Positions 1 to 12,648 of a stretch of 64,000 nt of DNA are shown in pieces. The stretch comes from Mobula hypostoma. Lineage: Eukaryota. The position numbers and the translations under genes are program-made. The notes under the pieces were generated by a model. The model was given only the letters and a program-made list of their open reading frames with translations. It had not been told where the DNA came from and ran no database searches. Each line of letters opens with the position of its first letter. Position 1 is the first letter of the stretch. The DNA is taken from the NCBI RefSeq assembly GCF_963921235.1, contig NC_086097.1:47246001-47310000 (forward strand), written 5' to 3'.

Positions 1-925
1 AACGTGGCTGCCTCTTTCTTATCTAGGTAGGGTCTCATACCCTCAGGGACACAACCTTTAAACTGCTCGATCAGGATCAGCTGTAGCAGTCTGTCATAAT
101 CCCCCTCTACCCCCTTCGAGGCACACCAACGCTCACAATATGTCTGCATCTCACGGGCAAACTCTAAATACGTGCGGTCCCACTGCTTCCTCGCATTCCG
201 GAACCTCTGCCGGTATGCCTCCGGGACCAACTCATAAATCCTGAGGATGGCCTCTTTCACCACCTCATACCTCTGGGTATCTTCCGCAGACAAAGCTGAG
301 TAAGCTTGTTGGGCTTTCCCTTTCAGTACACTCTGAAGCAAAACAGCCCACTTATCCCTCGGCCAGTCCTGACTTGTAGCAACTTTTTCGAAATGGAGAA
401 AGTACCGATCCACGTCGGTATCGTCAAATGGGGGAACTAGCCTAACCTCCTGGGTCGCCCGGAACCCTCTACCATGGTTCGGCACGGGCCCCTGCTCAGC
501 CCTTATCTTTAACTTCTCCAGCTCAAATTTCCTTTCCCTCTGCCTCTCTCTCTCTTCTCGCTCCCATTGCCTCTCTTCTCTTCTCTTTCTAACTGTATCT
601 CTCTCTCTCTCTCCTGCCTTTCTAACTGCTTCTCTTCGTGTTCTAACTGCCGTAACCGGAACTCGTGCTCGAGTCTCAGTTTTTCAAGCTGCACCTGTAC
701 TGCGTCTCCAGCAGGTTTTTCAATAGACACCACCTCCAGCTCGCCTTGGGGAAACACACCTTTAGATACATAGTGCTCTACGATAGCTCTGTGTATCTCC
801 TCTCTCCTCATTGTCGACTTCCCCTTAGCAAGATTCAACCGTTTGGCCACAGCTACCAATTCCGATTTCCTAGCATCCTCTAATGCCTTCAAGGTCGGCG
901 CCTTTATAATTTGCTCAGCCTCCAT
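1..925 (-). pseudogene. gag of a Gmr1-like Ty3/gypsy LTR retrotransposon (coiled coil followed by SCAN-like capsid region); one frameshift; runs off the window edge
   Basis: ORF starts at ATG 925 (MEAEQIIKAP...). After a frameshift in the AG-rich tract near 575 it continues without stops to base 1: VRLVPPFDDTDVDRYFLHFEKVA...WAVLLQSVLKGKAQQAYSAL...YELVPEAYRQRFRN...LLQLILIEQFKGCVP. Confidence 0.85.
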
Positions 926-1000
926 TTCTGCTGTTTGTCTTTTCTTTCTTTCGGGAATTTTGACCCAATCATTTACTCCGTCCCAAATTTAGCGTTCAAA

Positions 1001-1019
1001 AACGCGGACGAGAACCCCA
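1001..1019 (-). promoter_or_regulatory. Primer-binding site, tRNA-Pro-like (degenerate)
   Basis: Minus strand reads TGGGGTTCTCGTCCGCGTT 4 nt after the LTR end. The canonical tRNA-Pro PBS is TGGGGGCTCGTCCGGGAT. Confidence 0.6.
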
Positions 1020-1023
1020 CTTA

Positions 1024-1878
1024 TGTTACGTACCCAGTAACTGGGTTGCCAAACCAGCAGAAATGGATCACTCAGTTGGAGTCTGGATTACTAGAACTAA
1101 GAAAGTTTTATTAAAGAAACAAGCAACACAGTACTCTAATCAAAAGGATAATGAATGCAACAGTTCAGCAATGATAAACATACATGTACACAGAATTCAG
1201 ATAACAGGATCAATCAAGCTCTATCATTGTCTAGGGGTAAATGACCAGTTTCAAAGTGACGCAAAGTTCAGTTCAATTTAGTTCAGTTCAGTTCGCAGTA
1301 ATCGCTGCCGTGGGAGATGGACAGTGTGGGGGAAGGAGAGAGAGAGCAAAACGAATGAATATTCAAGGCTTCCACACAGACCTTTGCAGTCAGCTTTCGG
1401 GCGAGTCCTTTGTGATGTCATCTGAGGTCACCGACCGTGACCCCTCCGTTTCCAGATACGATCGTTTCCCTGCGGTGAACCTGGCACCCAGGCAAGGGTG
1501 GACACACACCAGGTTCCCGCCGATCGTGCCTTTCCACCCTGTGCGTCTATGGCCCAGTACTTCTCACCGACTTGTGAGAGACGCACCGCTTCCAGGGTCT
1601 TGTTACCTCGGGTGTCGTGTGTGTCCTGCCTTAGCGAACCTGTCCCTTTTTATCCCCCTGCTGGGGTATCGCCTGTCCATCACTTCAAACAGTTCAGGGT
1701 TCAAAGGGGGAGCCGATCTTGACAGCTCTCCTTCCCCTTGATTAACATCTCCAAATGCTGCTCCTCCATTGTTTTCCTTATCTCTCTCTCTCCTGAAGAC
1801 AGGTGGCAGACCAACTGCTGATTCCACTGGTGCCGGCCCAGGCCAGCTACATCTTAATCTATGTGTATTCTTGTCACA
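1024..1878 (-). mobile_element. 5' LTR (855 bp) of the gypsy element
   Basis: Minus-strand termini TGTGAC...GTAACA. AATAAA at 1112-1107 and TATA-like GATAAAAA near 1650. Directly followed by the PBS and gag. Confidence 0.8.
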
Positions 1879-1959
1879 GTCTGAAACCTTCTATCTTGCA
1901 CTCTGTCAAGTGCATATCCAGTGACTTTTCAAATATGTTGAATTTTTCTGCCTTCTCCA

Positions 1960-3197
1960 TCCTTGACACATGATGTCTGTGACACATGGAGCCAATGCAG
2001 ACTAACCTCATCTGCTGGTACATGATCCATATCCCTTTAAATCAGAAATGTTCATGTATCTGCTTGACTGCCTTTTAAACATCACTGGCATATTTCCTTC
2101 CATCACCCTCTGATTCCCCAGCTACTAGCAGTAAGTTCCAGGCATCTACCATTCTGTTTTTATAGGGAAAAAATACTTGCCCCACTTATCTCCATTAAAT
2201 GTCCCCCCCCTTACCATAAATATATGCCCTCCAGTATTTTTGGCCCCCGGGAAAAGGACTCTGACTATCTACAATAACTATGCACCTCATGATTTTATAT
2301 ACTTTGCTTCTGTCTCCTGTCAGCCTCCACAATCCAAGCTAGTCCAACCACTTATCACAGCTAATACAATTTAATCCTCTTCTGCACCCTCTCCAAAGCT
2401 TCCAGTCTGTCCTGTAGTGACTGGAACTGCACAGTGCTCCAAAAGTGGCCTAACTGAAGTTTTATAGAGTTGCAACATAACTTGCTAAAACTTTCTACTT
2501 GACTGATGAAGACAAGTATGCTCGATGTGTTCATTACCACCCTGTCTGCTTTGTCTCTTTTGGGAGCTCTGGACCTGCACTGCAAGATCCCTCTGCACTT
2601 TGATGTTCCTAAGGGTCTGTCATTTACTGTACACTTTCCCCTTGCATTTGGCCTTCTCTCACGCACACCAGCTGCATTTCTGCACCCATTCTCCAGCTGA
2701 ACTACGTCCTGCTCTGTCCTTTCACAACCTACTTCACTAAACAGAATTTTTGTGTCAGCTGCAAACTTACTAATCTTTTCATCTACAGTTTCATCCAAAT
2801 CATATATGCATATCACACACAGCAGAGGTCCTGGCACGGATCCCCAAGGAACACGACTACAGATCTCCCGTGAGGATGATCCTTCTGGTACTATCTTTTG
2901 TGGCTAGTCAGATTTGAATCCAATCTACCAGGTCACCAGGAAGCCCATGCCTTTATTTTCTGGATCAGCCGACCTTATCAGATGTCTTCCTAAAGGCCAT
3001 GCAGATGTCATCCACTGTCCTACGCTCATCAACCAGCTTCATTATCTCCTGGAAAAAAAGTTATAAGCTATGACCTGCTCTGTGCAAGGCCATGTTACCG
3101 CTTCTAATAAGCCCATGCTTTTCCCATTCCTAAGGATCCTCTCCAATAGCTTCCCTAAGGCTGATTGGCCTACACTGAGCTCGATTAACCATATTGC
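1960..3197 (-). mobile_element. Old, decayed CR1 LINE, 3' part; continues at about 8822-9270 and 10270-10570
   Basis: ORF 2361-2837 has the RT remnant GPLLCVICIYDLDE..ISKFAADTKI and LERVQKR. CR1-like sequence resumes after the nested insertions. Confidence 0.7.
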
Positions 3198-3703
3198 GCA
3201 AGTTGACTCTGATTAAGAAAGCATATGGTGCATTGGCTTTCATCAACCGTGGGATTGAGTTTGAGAGCCGAGAGGTAATGTTATAGCTATATAGGACCCT
3301 GGTCAGACCCCACTTGGAGTACTGTGCTCGGTTCTGGTCACCTCACTACAGGAAGGATGTGGAAACCATAGAAAGGGTGCAGAGGAGATTTACAAGGATG
3401 TTGCCTGGATTGGGGAGCATGCCTTATGAGAATAGGGTGAGTGAACTCGGCCTTTTCTTCTTGGAGCGGCAGAGGATGAGAGGTGACCTGATAGAGGTGT
3501 ATAAGATGATGAGAGGCATTGATCGTGTGGATAGTCAGAGGCTTTTTCCCAGGGCTGAAATAGCTAACACGAGAGGGCACAGTTTTAAGGTGCTTGGAAG
3601 TAGGTACAGAGGAGATGTCAGGGGTAAGTTTTTTATGCAGAGAATGGAGAGTGCGTGGAATAGGCAGCGATGGAGGTGGATATGATAGGGTCTTTTAAGA
3701 GAC

Positions 3704-6700
3704 AGTAGGTGCAGGACTAGGCCATTCGGCCCTTCAAACCAGCACCGCCATTCACTGTGATCATGGCTAATCATCCATAGTCAGTACCCTGTTCCTGCCT
3801 TCTCCCCATATCCCTTCACTCCGCTATCTTTAAGAGCTCTATCTAACTCTTTCTTGAAAGCATCAAGAGAATTGGCCTCCACTGCCTTCTTAGGCAGAGC
3901 ATTCCACGGATCCACAACCCTCTGTGTGGAAAATTTTTCTTCTCAACTCCATTCTAAATGGTCTACCCCTTATTCTTAAACTGTGGCCTCTGGTTCTGGA
4001 CTCCCCCACCATCGGGAACATGTTTCCTGCCTCCAGCGTGTCCAGTCCCTTAATAATCTTATATGTTTCAATCAGATCCCCTCTCATCCTTCTAAATTCC
4101 AGTGTATACAAGCCCAGTCGCTCCAATCTTTCAACATATGACATTCCTGCCATCCCTGGAATTAACCTTGTGAACATACGCTGCACTCCCTCAATAGCAA
4201 GAATGTCCTTCCTCAAATTTGGAGACCAAAACTGCACACAGTACTCCAGTTGTGAACTCATCAGGGCCTTGTACAACTGCAGAAGGACCACTTTGCTCCT
4301 ATACTGAACTCTCCTTGTTATGAAGGCCAACGTGCCATTAGCTTTCTTCACTGCCTGCTGTACCTGTGTGCTTACTTTCAGTGACTGATGAACAAGGACA
4401 CCTAGATCTCGTACTTCCCCTTTTCCTAACAGGACACCATTCAGATAGAGATCTGCTTTCCTGTTCTTGCCACCAAAGTGGATAACCTCACATTTATCTA
4501 CATTAAACTGCATCTGCCCAGTCACCCAACCTGTCCAAGTCACCCTGTATTCTCATAACATCCTCCTCACATTTCACACTGTCACCCAGCTTTGTGTCAT
4601 CTGCAAATTTGCTAATGTTACTTTTAATCCCTTCATCTAAATCATTAATGTATATCGTAAATAGCCGCGGTCCCGGCAGCGAGCCTTGTGGTACCCCATT
4701 AGTCACTGCCTGCCATTCTGAAAAAGACCTGTTAATCCCTACTGTTTGTTTCCTGTCTGCCAACCAGTACCCTACCCCCAATACCATGTTCTGTAATTTT
4801 GCCCACTAACCTCCTATGTGGGACCTTATCAAAGGCTTTCTGAAAGTCCAGGTACACTACATCCACTGGATTTCCCATGTCCATTTTCATAGTTACATCC
4901 TCAAAAAATTCCAGAAGATTAGTCGAGCATGATTTCCCCTTCGTAAATCCGTGCTGACTCGGACCTATCCTGCCACTACTATCCAAATATGCCGCTATTT
5001 CATCTTTTATAATTGACTCCTGCATCTTCCCCACCACTGATGTCAGACTAACTGGTCTATAATTGCCTGTTTTCTCTCTCCCTCCTTTCTTAAAAAGTGG
5101 GATAACATTAGCTACCCTCCAATCCGCAGGAACTGATCCTGAATCTATAGAACATTGGAAAATGATTACCAATGTGTCCACGATTTCTAGAGCCACCTCC
5201 TTAAGTACCCTGGGATGCAGACCATCAGGCCCTGGGGAATTATCACCCCTCAGTCCCATCAGTTTACCCAACACCATTTTCTGCCTAATGCGAATTTCCT
5301 TCAGTTCCTCTGTTACCCTAGGCCCTCTGGCCACTATTACATCTGGGAGATTGTTTGTGTCTTCCCTAGTGAAGACAGATCCAAAGTACCTGTTCAGCTC
5401 GTCTGCCATTTCCTTGTTCCCCATAATAATTTCACCCATTTCTGTCTTCAAGGGCCCAACTTTGGTCTTAACTAATTTTTTCCTCTTCACATACCTAAAG
5501 AAGCTTTTACTACCCTCCTTTATATTCTTGGCTAGCTTACCTTCATACCTCATCTTTCCCCCCTGTATTGCCTTTTTAGTTATCTTCTGTTGCTCCTTAA
5601 GTCTCCTAACCTCTGGCTTCCCGCTCATCCTTGCTATGTTATACTTCTCTTTTATTTTCATACTGTCCTTGACTTCCCTTGTCATCCACGATCGCCCCTT
5701 ACTCCCCTCAGAATCTTTCTTCCTCTTTGGAATGAACTGATCCTGCACCTTCTGTATTATTCCCAGAAATACCTGCTATTGTTGTTCCACTGTCATCCCT
5801 GCGAGGGTATCTTTCCAGTCAACTTTGGTCAGCTCCTCCCTCATGGGTCCATATTCCCCTTTGTTCAACTGTAATACTGACACTTCTGATTTTCCCTTCT
5901 CCTTCTCAGATTGTAGATTAAAACTTATCATATTATGGTCACTACCTCCTAATGGCTCCTTTACCTCAAGTTCCCTTATCAAATCTGGCTCATTACACAA
6001 CACTAAATCCATAATTGCCTTCTCCCTGGTAGGCTCTAATACACACTCCTCTAAGAATCCATCTCTGAGGCTCTCCACAAACTCCCTTTCTTGGGGTCCA
6101 GTACCAACCTGATTTTCCCAGTCTACCCGCATGTTGAAATCCCCCATAACAACCGTAGTATTACCTTTGCGACATGCCAATTTTAACTCTTGATTTAACT
6201 TGCACCCTATATCCAGGCAACTGTTTGGGGGCCTGTAGATATCTCCCATTAGGGTCCTCTTGCCCTTATAGTTTTTCCAGTTCTATCCATACTGACTCTA
6301 CATCTCCTGATTCTATGTCCCCCCTCGCAAGTGACTGAATTTCATTCCTCACCAACAGAGCCACCCCACTCACTCTGCCCACCTGTCTGTCCTTTCGATA
6401 GGATGTATACCCTGAATATTCATTTCCCAGCCCTGGTCCTCTTGCAGCCATGTCTCTGTTATTCCCACAACATCATACTTGCCAATTTCCAACTGAGCCT
6501 CAAGCTCATCCACTTTACTTCTTATATTCCGTGCATTCATATATAATACTTTTAACCCATTTAAAGTAATACTTTTACTCCCCTCACCTTTCACATTGAT
6601 TCCTATTGCACTTGGCCATACTCTCCGATCCCTTTCTGAGCTTTCTGCCCCATTAATTCTGTTGTTCTCTCTTTCCCTTTAACTCCATCCTTATATTTCC

Positions 6701-8682
6701 AGTTCGTCCCCTCCCCCCCCCCCCCCCACTACTTAGTTTAAACACACCCGTGCAGCAGTGGCAAACCTGCCTGCCAGAATGCTGGTTCCCTGCCTGTTAA
6801 GATGCAACCCGTCCCCTCTGTACAATTCATCCTTACCCCAAAACAGATCCCAGTGGCCTAAGAATCTAAATCCCTGCTCCCCGCATCAGCTCCTGAGCCA
6901 CACATTCAGATCCCCTATCTCCCTGTTCCTGCCCTCTCCAGCATGAGGAACTGGAAGCAAACCGGAGACAACCACCCTGGAGGTCCTGCCTTTCAGCCTT
7001 CTTCAGAGTTCTCTGAAGTCGTGCCGCAGAATTTCTTTCCTCATCCTCCCGACGTCATTTGTGCCGACATGCACCACCACCTCCGGCTGTTCGCCTTTAC
7101 CCTTGAGGACGCCCTGCAATTGGTCTGTGACGTCCTGGATCCTGGCACCGGGGAGGCAACACACCATCCTTAAATCCCGCCTGTTGCCGCAGAAACCCTT
7201 TTCTGTACCTGTCACTATGTGAAAAAGACTAAGGAGCTGGTGGTAGATCTGAGGAGAGCTAAGGTACCGGTGACCCCTGTTTCCATCCAGGGGGTCAGTG
7301 TGGACATGGTGGAGGATTACAAATACCTGGGATACGAATTGACAATAAACTGGACTGGTCAAAGAACACTGAGGCTGTCTACAAGAAGAATCAGAGCCGT
7401 CTCTATTTCCTGAGGAGACTGAGGTCCTTTAACATCTGCCAGACGATTCTGAGGATGTTCTACGAGTCTGTGATGGCTAGTGCAATCATGTTTGCTGTTG
7501 TGTGCTGGGGCAGCAGGCTGAGGGTAGCAGACACCAACAGAATCAACAAACTCATTCGTAAGGCCAGTGATGTTGTGGAGATGGAACTGGACTCGCTGAC
7601 GGTGTGTCTGAAAAGAGGATGCTGTCCAAGTTGCATGCCATCTTGGTCAATGTCTCCCATCCACTACATAATGTACTGGGTGGGCACAGGAGTACATTCA
7701 GCCAGAGACTCATTCCACCGAGATGCAACACAGAGCGTCATAGGAAGTCATTCCTGCCTGTGGCCATCAAACTTTACAACTCCTCCCTTGGAGGGTCAGA
7801 CACCCTGAGCCAATAGGCTGGTCCTGGACATTTCCTGGCATAATTTACATATTACTATTTAATTATTTATGGTTTTATTACTATTTCATTATTTATGGTT
7901 TTAGTACTATTTAATTATTTATGGTGCAACTGTAACAAAAACCAGTTTCCCCCGGGATCAATAGACTATGACTATGACTATGACTATGACTACCATGGCT
8001 CTGCCTGACTTCTGTCTCCTCGGATTTGTTTCAGCGCCAATTTTTGACTCGCAAATCTGTCCGCCTCTCAGATTGGCAATGTCTCTGTCCCGACAGCTTC
8101 CAAGAGGGTGAACCTATTTTCAAGAGTCTCCTGTACTCCAAGCATCCATCCCTTCCTCATTGTCGCGCCCCCCCCCCCACCTTTCTCTCTTCCGGTATCT
8201 TCGGTGTAACGATGTGGCTGTTGGTCCTGTCCAGAAAACTCTCGGTTTCCCAGATGAACCTGAGGTCATCCAGTTGCTTCTCCAGTGCCTCAACACGGTC
8301 CTTCAGGCGCTGAATCTGGATACACTTTCCACATTTGTAGCAGCCAAAGGCACCATCAACATCCCTGACCTCCCACATCATGCAAGCAGCACACTGAATC
8401 AGTTGGCCTGTCATTTCTTCACCACTTCTCACCCTCTCCAACTGTGTCTCCTCCCTCAGCCTCCTTGCCGAAGACGCTCGAGACAAAGACTTGCACTTTT
8501 CTCACAAGGCACTTCCCTCGACAAGGCCGCTCCCCTAGATCAAACCTTGATGATATTAGCTGATATTTTGACTGATTCGTTTCACTTGTCGCACCTCGTC
8601 CGACCTCGAACATTTGTGTTGCTGGATGGTCCCGTCTGGTTTTTAAATCAACCGCTCCTTCTCAGCCAATCCCCTCCTGGAT
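3704..8682 (-). mobile_element. Near-full-length CR1 LINE: ORF1 (Cys zinc finger, coiled coil, SGNH esterase) and ORF2 (APE endonuclease plus RT), disrupted
   Basis: ORF1 has CAAC..CGKC (8157-8486) and CCLPGARIQDV...VVVHVGTNDV (about 7003-7200). ORF2 pieces: LYMNARNI..GITETWL (6370-6594), YRPPN..MGDFN..SDHN (5776-6249), NYRPVSLTS..YLDFQKAFDKVPH (4732-5748), GVPQGS..KFADDTK (4503-4787), C-terminus 3890-4543. Confidence 0.93.
7219..7992 (+). mobile_element. 5'-truncated L2/Rex-Babar-type LINE with (GACTAT)n tail, inserted in CR1 ORF1
   Basis: KTKELVVDLRR..YKYLG, MFYESV..AVVCWG, HPLH and TERHRKSFLPVAIKLYN motifs. Ends gggatcaata(gactat)n. Confidence 0.8.
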
Positions 8683-9279
8683 AGACTCCAGGACAAGTAC
8701 ATGGAGCTTAGAAAAATAGAGGGCTATGGGTAACCTGGGGTAATTTCTAAAGTAAGTACATGTTCCGCACAGCATTGTGGGCCAAAGGGCCTGTATTGTG
8801 CTGTAGGTTTTCTATGTTTCTATATTGCCCTTAAGCAGAGGAACAACATTAGCTATTCCTCAGCCCTCTAGGACCTTGTCTGTGACTAGAGAGGATAGGA
8901 GGATCACTGTCAATGCTCCAGCAACTCTTCTGTTCCCTCTCTGAATAACCTGGAATAGATAGCATCAGGATCTGGGATTTATCCACTGTAATATTATTCA
9001 CGAGTCCAATGTCACCACCTTTTTAATATAACATGCTTTAGAATATCCGTGTACCCCACACTATGCTCTCTCCTCCATGTCCTTTTACTTGCTGAAATCT
9101 GATGCAAAATACTCCTTTAGAACCTTGCCCAATTCCTCTGGTTCCTGTCTTTTCCCAAACTACCTTCTCCCAAACTACCCACTTGCTTTCAGTTCATGTA
9201 CAAAATGCCTTGGGATTTTCCTTAATCCTACTTGCTAAAGGCAATTACTGGCTTCTTTGGTCCTTCTGTTTCTTTAGGG

Positions 9280-10270
9280 TCAGAAAAGTACAGCACAGAA
9301 GCAGGCCTTTCAGCCCGTCTAGTCCATGTCAAACTTCAAACGTTTACATCTTTCCTATAGGCAGGTGACCAAAACTGCATACAGTACTGATACTCCAAAT
9401 TCGGCCTCACTAATGTCTTGTATAACTTCAACACAACATCTCATCTCCTCTACACAATACTTCATTTCTGAAGGCCAATGTGCCAAAAGCCTTTACTACC
9501 CTATCTACCTGTGACACTTTCAACAAATTATGAACCTGTATTCCCAAGCCCCTTTGTTCTACCACACTCCTCAGTGCCCTACTGTTCACAGTGTAAGGCC
9601 TACCCTGGTTGGTCGTACCAAAGTGCAACACTCACACTTGTCTGCATTAAGTTCCATCTGCCATTTTTCAGACTATTTTTCCAACTGGTCCATATCCCGC
9701 TCCAAGCCAAGATAGTCTTCCTCACTTTCCACTACACCACCTAATCTTGGCGTTATCCACAAATTTGCTGATCCAGTTAACCACATTATCATCCAGATCA
9801 TGATAGAGGTAACAAACAACAATGGAGCCAGCACTGATCCCTGCGGCACTCCACTAGTCACAGACCTCCAGTCAGAGAGGCAACCATCTACTACCACTCT
9901 CTGTCTTCTCCCACAAAGCCAATGTCTAATCCAGTTTACTACCTGATCTTGAATGCGGAGAGACTGAACCTTCTTGACCAACTTCCCATGCAGGACCTCA
10001 TCAAAGGTCCACGTAGAAACCATCCACAGCTTTGCCTTCATCAAGTCATCAACTTTCTGGTAGTTTCCTTGAAAAACTCTAGGACTGATCTAAGACATGA
10101 TCTACCACACACAAAGCCATGCTGATAATTCTCAATCAGTCTATGTCTATCCAAATACTTATATATGTGGTCCTCAGAATGCCTTCCAATAACTTTCCCA
10201 CTACTGATGTCAGGATTACCGGCCTATAATTTTCTGGTTTATTTTTAGAGCCTTTCTTGAGCCTATTAGA
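9280..10270 (-). mobile_element. CR1 LINE 3' fragment with internal deletions
   Basis: ORF 9673-10044 (RRQRVVVDG..VTSGVPQGSVLAPLLF). CR1-type 3' end near 9280-9330. Confidence 0.75.
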
Positions 10271-10981
10271 ACTTAAACTTTATTTGAGTTCTTTCAGCTT
10301 TTTTAACGGCCCTGTCTGAGGCTACGTTTGTCAAATCTCTTATCATCCAATGTGCTGGTCCTGAATTCCAAGCAGTCCGTACGTTAGTGACTCCCATGTG
10401 TCAGATGTGGACTTGCTCAATCACAACAGCAGCCCTGAGCCCACTCTCTCCACCTCCTACCTAACTATGCTGTAATTTGCCTTCACCTGATTTAGTACTT
10501 TCCTCCAAGATCCAGGATATTAGCTATCCTAAAACTAATTTAGTTGGGATCGCTGTTTCCCAAATGCTCTCCCTTCCATTTGCTCTGCTAGATATATACC
10601 ATGGAGTAGTTGGAAATACATCAGAAGTGGTCGTTGGTTGGGTTGAGTTGTTCTCTGATCTTCGCAATTTACTTGCAAATGTTTCATCACCATGTGAGGG
10701 AAACTTCAGTGCACTGTTGATTGTGGTGAGTCCTCCGAATGCTTGCCCTTTATATACTTTTCAGTCAGCTGATTGGGTGGTATTTTGGAAACAGTTTTTT
10801 TTAGTTTAGTTTTAGTTTCAGAAATTAGTTTCCAGATTTAGTTTCTGAAAAGACGTCCAACCAGCTGATTGAGAAGTATATAAAGGCCAAGCATTCGGAG
10901 GATGCACCACAATCAACCGTGCACTGACCGTGCCTCTTCGCAGGGTGTCAAAACATTTGCGAGTAAATTGCCAGGATTGGG

Positions 10982-11705
10982 TGATAAAGTTTAAGGGAAT
11001 GGGGGATTCTCACGATTTCTGTAAACAATGAATTAAGTACTGACTATGTCTGTGACTGCAGTGTGTTTGAATAATGTCTCACAGCTGCCTTCTTTGGAGC
11101 AAGATAAGGGTTAAGGTTCGCCCAGATCCACATAAGATGTCTCTGGGCTTTTCACACCTTTTGATTTTGGCAAAAAGCAGTACCTGGTGGAAATTAGACA
11201 GAACATTCCCTTCTTAATTAAAGCACAGATTTGACATATGTTCTTATCTTTGTCATTAACTTGTGGCTCCAGCAAACCAGGTAGGACATTCTTTTCTTTA
11301 ATTAAGGTGGCTGGAGTGTTTAACAAATTGATTGTACTTTTGTATCAATAGTCCATTGACTTGGCCGGAATGGTTATCAAACTGATTGTTCTTTGTATCA
11401 ATAGTCCATTGACTTGGCCGGAATGGTTATCAAACTGATTGTTCTTTGTATCAATAGTCCATTGACTTGGCCGGAATGCTTATCAAACTGATTGTTCTTT
11501 TGTATCGGTGGCCTTATAACTTCTGACAATTCTGACATCGGGCAGTGAACTTGTAGAACCGCCAGGGACATGAGAAAGGGTCTCTCCCTGATGTTGGGTC
11601 CAAGTTCACTCGCCGGCTGAGCTCGAAGAAATAAATGGGTGAAAAGATAAGTAACGACAATCTTTTTGTGCTGTCGTTATTTGATCCAGCAAAGTTACGT
11701 TTACA
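10982..11705 (+). mobile_element. Solo LTR (724 bp), copy 1
   Basis: TG...CA termini, TATAA near 11515, AATAAA at 11630-11635, flanked by 4-bp tggg/cggg. A homologous inverted copy lies at 48836-50329. Confidence 0.85.
11341..11506 (+). repeat. Three tandem copies of a 53-bp unit in the LTR U3-like region
   Basis: tgtatcaatagtccattgacttggccggaatggttatcaaactgattgttctt starts at 11341, 11394 and 11447. Confidence 0.95.
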
Positions 11706-12441
11706 CGGGGAACGACTCTACCCAACTATGGTGCAGTCTTTCCTTGGTTGGATTATCTACATACTGTTTCAATAAACCCTCTTTTATGTACCTAAAATGT
11801 TCAGCACATGGAGGCCAGATCCAAACTGTAGAATAATTCAAACAAGTTACAGATCTTTAGTATTTGTCCCTCACAGACTGGAGTAAAGAAAATCATCCTC
11901 AACTCTAGCTCGCTGGCTAAAAAGTGACATGACTCTTGGATAGGACAGACTTGAGGAAGGAAATGTGCCTATTTTACTAATGAACAGATAGACCAGATGA
12001 ATATTCCTGCAGCATCAATTACCATTACTAGTAATGTATTTTTCTTTCTAGACTTCAAATTGATTTACTCACTTGTACTTAGCATATTTAAACGTGTGTC
12101 CAGCCTTTGGGTCCCAACATGCTCTCTGTACCCTCCCATTTCTTGTCTGTATGCTGTCTTTTTGTCGTCCCCAAATACATTACTTAGCACTGCTCTGGAC
12201 TGAATTCCATTTGCTTCATTTCTGCCCGCCCTTGCTCATTAGTAGCAGAGAAAATTTTGTGCATCCTCTGCAGAGGCCTCCATCGTTTCTCTCACACTTG
12301 GGTCTGAATTACTAGGTCGTACAATGAAAATATACCTTGTACTGATAGACATTCTTCCAGATTAGAGCATCCATCAGTAAAACAGAGTTAGGTCTAACTT
12401 TCCTATGGATCTTGTGCAGTTTTAATAAGCTGTGCCATCGT

Positions 12442-12648
12442 AACAAACAAAATGCTGGAATGCTGGGAGGAACTCTGCAGGGGAATAAAGAGTTGACGTT
12501 TCAGGCTGAGAGCGCTCATCAGGACTGGGCTGTGCCTGGAACGTTGACTCTTTATTCCTCTCCAAAGATGCTGCCTGACCAGCACTGTGTGAGTGTGTGT
12601 GTGTGTGTTACTCCAGATTTTCAGTATCTGTAGAATCTTTTGTATTTA
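12442..12648. mobile_element. Short decayed fold-back PLE remnant with hammerhead-like motif on the minus strand
   Basis: gaataaagagttgacgtttcagg is inverted against cctggaacgttgactctttattc. Minus strand reads cagtcCTGATGAgcgctctcagcctGAAAcgTC. Confidence 0.65.

Larger units (their letters stand above)
3198..8821 (+). mobile_element. 5'-truncated CR1 LINE (3198-3703 plus 8683-8821) split by a younger near-full-length CR1
   Basis: ORF 3314-3685 (EYCARFWSPHYRKDVETIERVQRRFTRMLPG...RGDLIEVYK...TRGHSFK). The 3' UTR resumes at 8683 and ends in a (ttctatgt) tail. ATATTGC is duplicated at 3191-3197 and 8822-8828. Confidence 0.8.
10636..11727. mobile_element. Fold-back Penelope-like element remnant (second family) with two decayed hammerhead motifs; right arm interrupted by a solo LTR
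   Basis: 10636-10776 is the reverse complement of 10857-10981 plus 11706-11727. The arms contain gcaCTGA...GAAAcaTTtgc-like cores (10674-10713 minus, 10921-10960 plus). Confidence 0.6.

Noticed and set aside
1241..1741. 166-aa ORF in the gypsy LTR
   Set aside because: Antisense to the element, within the LTR, with no recognisable motif.
5063..5740. 225-aa plus-strand ORF and other ORFs opposite LINE ORF2
   Set aside because: Antisense shadow of the CR1 reverse transcriptase.
11341..11506. Regular repeats as a possible CRISPR array
   Set aside because: Head-to-tail units with no unique spacers, inside a eukaryotic LTR.
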